Assembly: GCF_964355755.1 (NCBI RefSeq) | Contig: NC_092675.1 | Span: 7,001,812-7,065,811 of the forward strand | Length of the DNA stretch: 64,000 nt | Source: Antedon mediterranea | Taxonomy: Eukaryota; Animalia; Echinodermata | Reading direction: 5' to 3' | Part shown: piece by piece, positions 12,601 through 24,600 of the stretch | Numbering within the stretch: position 1 is the first letter of the stretch | Layout: each line of letters starts with the position of its first letter | Program-made: the position numbers and the translations under genes | Notes under the pieces: generated by a model | Told to the model about the DNA's origin: nothing | The model's input: only the letters and a program-made list of their open reading frames with translations | The model's database searches: none

Positions 12601-15600
12601 ACAGCCAAACTAAAGCTCTGTCTACACTATCAAACTTTATGTGACAAAAAAATGTGATGTGCCCATATATGGACATGCTGATGTCATCACTACCATATTT
12701 GGGCATATCACTACCATATTTGGGCATATCACTACCATATTTGGGCATATCACCACTATATTTGGACACATCATTTTTTAGGTCAAACTAGATAGAGTTA
12801 AATCGACTAAATTCCTTGGAGTACATATTGATGAATTTCTCACATATAAGAACCACATCAATGTTACAGCTAGGAAAATATCTCGATATGTAGGCATACT
12901 ATATAAAGTAAGACATTTTTTACCAACCTATGCTCTCTGGACAATATACAAATCACTCATTGAACCAGTATTAAATTATTGCAACATAATATGGTGTAGC
13001 ACATTTCCAAGTTATTTAGATGAGTTATTTAAACTCCAGAAAAGGGCATTACGAGCTATAACATGGTCAAAGTTTAATGATTCAATGACTGAATGTTTCT
13101 ATAAATTTAAACTTCTTAAAATTGCGGATATCAATAAGTACCAAATTGGGCTTTTCATGTATAATGTTACTACTAATCAGGACGTGCGTTTTTCATCGCT
13201 CTTTATTAAAAATGGTTCTTACTATAATTATAATACAAGATCTAAAGACAAAATGAGACTCAGAAAACGTAATCGTACTTCTACTAGTTTTACTGTGTCA
13301 TGTGTGGGACCCAAATTGTGGAATGACTTGAATTACGAACTACAAAGTACCAAATCAATATATATATTTAAATCATTGTTTAAAGAACATTTATTATCAT
13401 TTTACAAATAATTTTAAAAATTATACTTGTTGCAGGATTTAGCTTTTTTATTATTTATGTTTTAGTTTTTTAGGCTAGTTAGGGACATAGGGGGACACAA
13501 CTAATCAAGCTCTTTTGAGTTTTTATGTGTTTCCTTTTCATCTTTTTTATGTTCTCATATATTGTTGTTGTATATTTTCATGATAGAGGATGAATAAAGA
13601 ATATTTGAATTTGAATTTAGTTTGAAAGTGTACACAAACTGTAAACTGATTATCTATATATAAATTTACGTAAGGGCAAAATTCGGTAAATCGCGCCTTA
13701 CTTCTAGAATTTTCACTCGATGGTATGTAAAGTTGGTTCGTACTTTCGGTACTTATTTTAACCGCCTGATGTAACCCTGTTTACTAATTAAATTGAGTTA
13801 GATAATTAGTTATTGACGATTAAAACGAATTTAGGTTCAAAGATTTGCCCCAAATAGGGGTGTTTTCCGATCGTGGTATACACTGTCTAATGGATGTCCA
13901 TCTTGAAAAATACCCGCCAAAAAAATGCGAGGAGGCTTCGCATTTTTCTATCTCCTCCTACGATAATTGTTTTTAATAGCTGAAAACCGGTTGAACAGCT
14001 AGAGTACACCATCATAATGTTGAAGACAGGCCGATTTTCTTTAAAAAATACTATTTTGATAGATTTAATATACGATTATACAAATGTATTGATTTGCGAT
14101 GAATGGAACATCCCAATCTCTCAGTCTGCCAGAGTTGGTTTAACACAAGTACTGTAGGTAAATTTATGAGCCCTTGGTTTAACACATACGGTAGGTAAAT
14201 ATATGGGCCCTTTGAGAATAAACTTGCAATACTTTGACAATACTGTAAATACCTATTAACTATTTTTCATTTGAATCGAACATTTCTTACTGTGAATGTT
14301 CGTACTGTTAGATGTAATATAAAAATATATACAAATAAACTTTATTACTGAGACTGTGGATAGGCTCTACTGTTAGATATACAAATAAACTTTATACTGA
14401 CAGTTCCTTCTCAACGTTTGTATTAATTAATAATTACCAAAAATATAAACGTCGTAGTGGTGTATCGTGACATGTACTTTAATATTTCAATCGATTATGA
14501 CAGTGACAATTTTAACAAAGTATTAAATCGCAAATGTTTTAGGCCTACTGTATTTAGAGGTATATTATTTATAGGCCTATAAAACATGAACAAAATATTT
14601 CGTTACTCAGTGGATAAAGAATATATTTAAAAATTGTTCCTCTTTGTACCTATCCGCTTTCCCATCCCTCAACCCTAATGTTACATAGCGAGGAGGCTTC
14701 GCATTTTCCTATCTCCTCCTACGATAATTGTTTTTAATAGCTGAAAACCGGTTGAACAGCTAGAGTACACCATCATAATGTTGAAGACAGGCCGATTTTC
14801 TTTAAAAAAATACTATTTTGATAGATTGCTAGAGTACACCATCATAATGTTGAAGACAGGCCGATTTTCTTTAAAAAATACTATTTTGATAGATTTAATA
14901 TACGATTATACAAATGTATTGATTTGCGATGAATGGAACATCCAGTAGTTTGGTTTAACACAAGTACTGTAGGTAAATTTATGAGCCCTTGGTTTAACAC
15001 ATACGGTAGGTAAATATATGGGCCCTTGAGAATAAACTTGCAATAGGTTCGGAAAATGTTAAAAACCAATTTCTATTATTTGAATCGGTAAACAGTTTCC
15101 ATTTATTATACATTGATAATGAAACATGAAATATTCCTATTTATGTCCCTCGAGGTTCATTACAATTTATATTTAGTAGTCCCACGGACTTCATCTTAGC
15201 CACTCCCCCGAGTGCTAAGGCCAAATTTATGATACCCTACTTTCTATGTAGTTACAGTTAGTTCTTGACGATAATAATAATACAACGAATTTATACGCGA
15301 AAACGTTTCTGTACAAATATGATACCGATTGGCTTTATTTCATTCAACAGCGACCATAATCTCGGCAATTACAGGATAGATAAACTATTTTATTATTGAT
15401 GTGCTTATAAATTAAGACTCATGTAAACAGCTTGATTACATCATTTTACAGACAAACGAAACTTTTTTAAACCTACTGTTTCAATAACTGAGTATAATAC
15501 TGTATACGTTTTCATAAGTAAGTGCATATACATTTTCGTGTTTTCATTGACGAGATTGTAATAGTAACTTCAGTAACTATTACAGTACTTATTTATTATA

Positions 15601-18600
15601 CGACACAAGACAATTGTATCTGACAGGTACGTACATTATTCTAAAAAATAAGTCTAGATAGATCCCTTAGGCGTCATAAATCACAGGCCAACAAATCAGT
15701 ACTCATGACAGAAATTCGACCCAGTTTGGTTCACACAAATGTTTACAGGAAGTTCAACACCACAACCGATGATTTGCCCTAAATATTTAGGTAGACTACA
15801 GTTTAATTTTTCACTGAATAGGAGCATGAATTTCCGATTTCCATTTCGCAGAATGTCTAGGTCTATTTATTTAGTTTGGTTCTTATAATATATAAATACA
15901 ATCAACTTTATTACTGCGGTTCCATCACCACCACCACGTGCTGCCGCCCAATTCCCGTACATACATTTCCATTTCTCCCTAATTTCTTTAATCCACATAA
16001 ATTAATTGTCCTTTATGGAATCCAGTATTGGTTTTGTTGTCTCTATTTCTGAATACCCCAATTAGGAGGACACTTCCGTTTTTGTTTAGTGTCCCAAAAA
16101 AGTCCCCGTCCGTGGATTCTACTGTATTCGAGAACCATCTGTGAGCACCCCTAGATGGTACGCGAGCGAAGCGAGCGTGCCATCTAGTTATTCTAATTTA
16201 ATGAAATGCCTAAAACATTGGTTAAATGTAAATATCTACACAAAACAGATAAAATTCAAAAGAAGTCCTCCAATAGCAAACAATTACATTATTAAAAGAC
16301 AACAAATTATCTTCAATAATATTAATACAATAAAGCCCCAACAAAGTGCCCCCCTGATAGGGGTGTCCCATAATTCTGGCTTGTTTAATAATATATATGT
16401 TGCTTCTCGTTTACTAGAAAGTGTTCTTTTAATAGAGATTCTACTGTACTGTGTATATACACAAGTATTAATTACTAAACAAAGACACAACAATATAAAA
16501 ATACTATTAATGTTATTAGATTATTGTATAAAAAAATCTTTAAAACAATCTTTATTGCAATAATACATTTTAAAAAATGTAAAAACTCTAATGGTTACCA
16601 CCCCTTAATAGGGGTGTCCCATAATTCTGGTCATTTTGCTTAAACTCGTTTGTTTACTAGAAAGTGTTCTTTTAATAGGGATTCTACCGTACTGTATATA
16701 CACAAGTATTAATTACTAAACAAAGACACATCAATATAAAAATACTATTATTAGATTATTGTATAAAAAAATCTTTATTATAATAAAATAAATAGAATAA
16801 AAGAATGTAAAAACTCTAAAGGTTAAAATTATGATTCTGATTTTTACAATTAATTCAAATATTGAAAAAATATAGTAACATTAGATTACATACCATTTGT
16901 GAGAACATCAAGCGCCGCCTGTGACCTTCCAAGTTGTTGCTCAATTGCTGAAAGTGCCAAACGAGCATCAACGTGTAATGGGGCTAGTTCCAGAACACGT
17001 CTGTATGCACTGGCAGCGTGCTCTTTCTCTTCCAATGCGTTGAGACATTCTGCATATCGCAGCCACACGGCTGCCAGGTTGTAACCATCGCTTTGCACTA
17101 ATGGCGCTATGATAGGCTTGGCATCTCCATAGTACCCTATAATTAAAAAAATAATAATTCCACCATAAAATTATGGAGTTTCTATATCAGCGAAAACAAT
17201 AAACAAACTTATAGTAAAAAAATGAATTTAAACCATATTTCACATTAACATAAATAAGGCTACAATATTGAATGTATTCTAATCAATCAAGGGGAGGTAT
17301 ACAAATTATTATTTTTCATTTGATAAAACATATCATGTACAGATATTGCACCTGTTTTACATACAGTTCTGTTTTTTTTCAGAGCAGTGATGTAATTGTT
17401 CTAGTTTTTATGTATGTGGTGTACACATACAGTAGGCATAGCAGGCAAGATAACCTAGTAGGATAAAACTATTTTCTTGGTAAATTCAGTCCAATTTCTT
17501 GCTGTTATTTGATAAAGAATATGAAATGTATGAGCAAGTCAAAATGGCCGAGCGGCTAAGGCAGGGTCCCATTTATCGTACCCAAAGAGCCAACTCGCTC
17601 TTAGTTCTGGTGGTAGAACAAGTCTTATCAGATAGGGACTATAAATTGTAGGTCCAGTGTACACAGTTATAACCCGTGTGCACTTTTGAAGAACCCAGGT
17701 CATCATTCGAGATGAGTAGGGGTTTACCCCGGTCTGGTTCACAAAATATCCCTGTATCAGGGGATTACCACCTATCTTATAGAACAGTGATGAATTTACT
17801 TATTGGTAATCCTTGGCAACATGTGCCTAAAGACATGAAATAAAAAAAATATAAACAAATATTTACCAACTTCCATATAGGCTTCAGCCACATCCAAAAA
17901 CAGATCACCAAATTCATCCACTGATTGGTCAAATAAATCTTGCAACACAACCCTTGATGCTTTTACGTATTTCTCATGAATCAAACATACACCAAGTTTT
18001 ACTCTTAAATCAATTGGTAGCTCTTCTGGAACTTTTACTTCAATAGATGTTACATCGAGTCTATAAAAACAGAGTTTATCTTTAAGATTACTAATGAAAC
18101 ATTTTCTGATAAAATCTATCTAAATTTCACAGAGTAGTTATTTCGAAAATTATGTTTTAAATTTGAAAGTATTTAACAACTATAACCTCATGCGTCATTA
18201 ATCAAAATGATTGGATTTCATTGATGGAATGTATTATGAATTTCAGAACAAATATTTTAATATTTAGATCAGAATTTCAAAGAGTCTGATAAATAATATA
18301 TAAGAAGAACATAATAAAGAATGTGATATTAAGCTCTGTCTACACTATCAAACTAGTTTGACAAAAAATATGTGATGTGCCCAAATATGGTAGTGATATT
18401 ACATCATCATGTCCATATATAGACACATCACATTTTGTTGATAATAAAGTTTGATAGTGTAGACAGGGCTTTAAGCTCTGTCTACACTATCAAACTATGT
18501 TGACAAAAAATATGTGATGTGCCCAAATATGGTAGTGATATTCCCAAATATGGTAGTGATAATAAGTTTCTCTTTTATAACAGCACAATTCTCAAGTGAT

Positions 18601-21600
18601 GTGCAACAAAATAAAATAAATATGGACTTATCTTAATCTTAAGACAACATCACATTTTTTTGATAATAAGTTTGATAGTGCAGACAGAGCTTTAGACAAG
18701 TTTCTGGCAGAAGATTACAGACACCACTTATGACTAAAGTGTATACTTCCAAATAAAAAAATTAAAATGCCCAATCAATTTCATATCTGTTTTTAACAAT
18801 AGAAAATGTGTGTATCTTGTGTTTTTACAAAAAATTAAAATTGCACAACTGCCATTAGCTTACCCAGGATCAAACTCAACTTGATCAATTTGTTCGATGA
18901 GGGCAGAAGTGTCTCCAGAAATCATCTGTACACCACAGTGATCTGATATCACCTGCAACGCACGCTGGTGTTGCTTTTGGCAAATATGAAGTTCTGCCAA
19001 CATGTTTACATCTGGTAATATGAATAAAAACATCTTCATGTTTGAATGAAAGTTCATACGTGCTGGTATATAACTAGATTATGTGGTTATTATGAGGATT
19101 CAAATTAAGGTATGTTGAATTTAGTAAGCTTGTTTAAATCATTTAATCTATCTTCATGTCGTGAGGTGGTTTCCCGAAAGATCGTAAAATCAAAACGGTA
19201 CTGGGTATGACCAACTAGCGTTCTTGTCACCAACTAGTCATCCATTCATAGAAGTACTTTTCTTTAGTTTATCTCTATAATTTTTCCATCTCTATACATT
19301 TTATTTATTGAACAAATAAAGATTTGATGTTCATTGTTCTTTGATACTTTATTCAAACAGAAAACCTGCCTCATAGAGGTTGAATGATTAATGTAATCAC
19401 ATCTCAAAAAGTCACGGAATATGGCTGCCTCAATCAACCAATTAAGTAAGTTAAGTTACGCCCCCTAATCAGTCACACGCGCACAACTATGCCTCGATGC
19501 AGCATGCTGAATGATCAACACAAGAACATATTTTAAAAACTAAAAGAGCAGAAACAAAACTACTAACCTTCGGATGTGATGAGTGACGGATGTTTGCTTA
19601 CTGCTTTCTCAAATATATTGATTGCTGAGGTTATGTCTTTATTCAAATGACAACTCTAAAATAAAAAAGGGTATCTATTCAACCTTTCAACACTAAACCA
19701 ATATATATGATACTGTACAGCTGGCATTGTGGAAATATGTTTAGACTATATATTAGAAACCATTATTGATTTTACATTAAAATCACATTTATTTATCTGA
19801 CAGAACATACAGTACACTTTCATTCCAGAGGCACAAATAAACTGGTGATCTATATGATCAAAAATAATTAAATAGAAATATAAAAATTACAAAACCTAAT
19901 TCATACACATTACCTATAAAAAATAAAGTTAGAATAAATAGACTAGTAGTCGGGTTCTATTTAATATCTAGATATATTGTAGCAAAATATCAGGATTTAA
20001 AGCTATGTCTACAATATCAAACTGTATGTGATGTGCCCATATATGGACATGATGTCATATCACTACCATATTTGGGCACATCACACCTATTTTGTCAAAC
20101 TAGTTTGATAGTGTAGACAGAGCTTAACAAAAGCAAATACTTTACCCTAGCCATATCTCTCGCTATGTTTAAACACTGCTCCCCCTTATTTTCTGGTAGT
20201 AGAGTTACGATTCTATGGTAGGATTCTATTGCTCTCTTATGTTCACCACATTTCTCATACAACTTTGCACGTTGAAATATAAGACCAATGTTCTGTTGGT
20301 TTTGCTTCAACGCTAATGATGTAAATTAAATATAATTAGGAATAGCAGATCTATTACAAGGATTTGTAATGTATTTGGCTGTTACTATAATAGCACAACA
20401 AACTTTATTTCAATTTAGGATATACAGTACAGTCAAATCTCACAAAATACCAGACTCTCTGAAAACCAGAAACTCTCCCAATGCCAGATTTCTCTCAAGG
20501 TTCAAAAGGTCCCAAATTAATTTTTATCATTAAAAATACATTCCGAATACCAGACTTTCCTGAAAATCAGACATATTTGGCCAGCCCAAAGGTGTCCGGT
20601 ATCAGGAGAGTTGACTGTATAATTTATTTTAATATTTAAGTGGAAAAAGTATTTTAAAAATCAACGTTACTGCATATAGACTGGTACATAGGTAAGGGAG
20701 TAAAAACAAATTATATTCTGTGGCAGAAATTAAATACCTGCGTGTGTGGCGCAGTGTGTTGGAAGTTTTGACTACTGATCGTGAGATCAAGGTACGAATC
20801 AAACTCTCGTCGCATTGCTTGTATCCTTAGGCAAGATACTTTACTATGTTTGCCTCTCTCCACCCAGGTGTATAAAATGGGAACCCGGTTAGATCAAGAC
20901 ACAACTTTGCACTGATTACTACCTGTATTATGGGAGTATGTTTCCATACGTGTTTGATCCCAAAAAATTACTGGGGTAATAATGTTCAGCGCTTAGAGGT
21001 TTCACAACATAGGAGCTATATAATTTCAGGACATTATTATTATATATCTGATCATTTATGATTACTTTCTTAAATGGAGTATTACTACGTCGTTTAGCTA
21101 ACTTTGTTTTTAATCGATGACAGTAGAACAATGTGTGGTTTACTTACCAGTAGTATAGCAATTAATAGCTTGTTTAATACTATTCTGTTCAAGACACATC
21201 TCTGCTAGTTTGACCCATTCGTCTGTATCTTTAGGATTTAGATGAGCTGCTATTAATAAAAACTAAAATTGAAAAAAATCAAAAAACACAAATTACTATT
21301 TTTTTCAATCGATTTATTGAATTGATTGAAGTTTATATTTATACTGGGTAACCTCTTCAGTCAAAGACTGGTTTCCCAGAGGGCCCAGTTGGTGATCAGT
21401 GGCTGTGATGTACTAATACACCCGGGTAACCCCCTACTCGTCTCGAAAGATGTACTAGGTTCTTTAAAGTGCACACGAGCTAGATGTGTACACTGGACCT
21501 ACGGTTTATAGTCCTTATCCGAGAAGACTTGTTCTACCACCAGAACCATGGAGTGAGTGAGCCTCGAACCCCTGCCGATGTTATGGCTACGTAATTACGG

Positions 21601-24600
21601 TTCCACTGTCTTAACCGCTCGGCCACTATGTCTGTTACAGTAGTTTAACTCCCTGATCTGTGTAGATTGAAATAAGCTGCTATGGATAGAAATGTTTTAT
21701 TCATTTTAACCATGGAGGAATTATTTAGATGTTAATAAGATTATTCAAATAATTCCAATTTCTGTATTCATCCCTTACATTACAATGAAATGTCTTCCGC
21801 AAAAATACTTGTGCAAATCAGATGCACGGTTTTGCCATTTTTGGGATTTGGATTGTCCAGTAACTATTTAATAACAATTACAATATCACTTTGCCAAGTG
21901 ATATCAATACATAAAGGAATACAGGAAGAGCATCGTTAAGGCCCAGTTACACTAGGATTAGATCAATGATAAATAGATAAGCATACAATTTTCTTACATA
22001 AAAAAAGAACTACTATTATAGGGTAACCATTTATTGTATCTTTGATAAAAATATCATTTTTCAAAATCCAATCAAATGAAAACCTGATCCATAAGAACAA
22101 TAATAATTATTTTCACCAAAGACACAATAAATGGTTATCCTATAGAGTATCACGGTGCTGATGTCACGACGGTAGGTGGCGTTGCGTAGTTGCTAGCGCA
22201 ACCAAAAATGCATTCAGCCTGCCTGAGTGACTCTCCAAGATCACCAATGGTTTGGAATAGGCTTATTGAAGTAGTCATTTTAAAACTTAATAATTTTCAA
22301 TAAAAACAAACAAAAATTTCAAAAGATCACTAAATATTTGTTTTAATAATCTATTTATATTCAACTACAGGGCAATTCCACGGTGACGGAATTACACATT
22401 TTCCATAATTTTACATTTTAATTCCTTGTATCTTTTTTAGTTTAAGGCAGATTTCAAAACAAGTTTAATAGTTTAATAGCTAGTAAAAAAAAATTAAAAA
22501 ACCAACCATATTTTTTTATAATATCATAAAACATATACCGTGACGGAATTTCGCCGAAAAACCACCTCATTTCTACCCCTAAACATTTCATTAAAACTCT
22601 GTGAATTGTACTGAAAATTTAAAAAATTAATACATTAAATTTAGCCATTATTTAATGTAGTATTGAACATAAGTTTTTATTTAAAAAAAAAAAAGTTTCA
22701 GTTTTTGATATATAGTAATAATTTGACACATGGTCCGGTGACGGAATTACAGTGACGGAATTACCTCTGAAATTGAAATCTGCAGACCATCTTTAAATTT
22801 ATTTAATAAGGGTTTCTGAATAATTTTAATGGCAAAACACAATATATTAAGAAAAAACAGTCTTACAAAATTGTTGCAATGTTAAAAAAAAAACATTATT
22901 TCATTTGATCTAATGGTTCTAAAAACAGATATTAATATCACAAAAATATGAACTTATTTTGTTTTAATATATGGATTATATAGAGTATTTTGAATTAGAA
23001 ATATTACTAAATATAATATTGAACACATACCAATATCTGATAAGAATAAAATTACATTTTCTATTATTGTATTGTGATATTTAGGTGAAATATGAATATG
23101 ATTACGGAATTATACAGTTGAATTAATGTTATTTACATGTTTAAGTTAACAGTGACTATTGACCGTATTCCAAAAAAACATTTTATCCCATAGCTCTGTG
23201 GAAGTGGTTCTTTAAAGTGATACCTTTCTTTAGAGTCCATCAATGGTGCTGGGAGTACAGATACAATTTGATCTCTATTAATTATCCCATAAGACCCAAC
23301 CAAGTCTTTAACAACAAAAATCTTCCCTTCTTTATCAAACTTATATAAATGAATAATGTTAAGTTCTGGTTTGTCTTTAGGAATGTCATCAACTATTGCA
23401 ACATAGTTAAAAAATGTCTTGCTTCTTTCTATGGTATATTTGATAAGAACAAAATCTCCTTTCTGTGCGTTTATAGGTTCATTTGTTTCATTTAAAAAGA
23501 ATTGTTTATTCCGTATGGGAGTTGTTCTTTCTGTACAATGGGAATTATTCTGAGAGTGCAAGTGAGTCATATGAATAAGTTTTAGTTATGAGAAAAGTCT
23601 GGAAGTTATGTAATAACTTGTTCTGTACATTGGACATTGTTCGCATTCAATTAATGGCAGGTGTGATAAATAACAAAATAAATTATTAGAGTTCCTAGGC
23701 CTGAGAAAAAAATCGAATAAAAGAAGCCATAGATCCATAATAATAAACAACCACATAAACTTTGTACACATTTTGCTGGTAGCTGTGTTCATGCTAAGAA
23801 AAAGTTGCTTAAAAAATGGTTTTGCATCAATACTATGTTAAATAATAGTGTTGTGGAATTACGTAATTCCGCAACCAATGATTTGTGACGGAATTTCAGT
23901 TTTAAAACTTCAATAACTTAAGAAATAAAAAAAATAAAAAACAATAATTATCATAATATAATGTCTATACTCTTGCTTGATTTGCATTAGTCTTGATTTT
24001 TTACAGAAGTTATTATTTTATAAGAAATCCTAAAAAAAAACACTTTTTTGTGTCGGAATTACAAAATATGATACATTATTATTTTTTTTTTAAATAACAT
24101 GGATTTTAACTTTTTACACCACTCTGATTATTTATTACTGAAGCTAAAAAAGGTCATACATTTCTCATTTTCATTACATTTTTAGGTATCAATTTTTGAA
24201 TCAAATTTTCCATATCATATCAAGGTGCTAATTTTTTTTTTTTCATATAACCTAATTCTCTATAAAATAATCTTTAATTTGATACCAAATATAGTTTGAT
24301 TGGTTTAATTTGAAAAAATGGAAAAAAATCCTCTGCACTATGGAATTGCCCTACAGTTTAAGTTAAAAAAAATCAAGCTAAGATACATAATTTGATAGAA
24401 ATACAGATCTTTTCTGTTCAACCAGGGAGATGTACATCTCCCTGGTTCAACATAGTAGCGCTGAACGAGTTTTTTGGTTGTCTAGCAACCATGCAGCACC
24501 CTCTATCGTTGTGACGTCACACCGTGATACTCTATAGTTCTAGAATGAAAAACGTCTAGTTTTTTTTTTTTTAATAAGAAAGATGAATGTTTATCTATTT

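Noticed and set aside
12422-12769. ORF with SDMPKYG repeats (similar at 9738-9998, 57683-57910, 61139-61378)
   Set aside because: Translation of the 21-nt internal repeat of family-A MITEs, not a protein.
21540-21630. tRNA gene
   Set aside because: The A/B boxes belong to a multi-copy SINE head; no acceptor stem or terminator.
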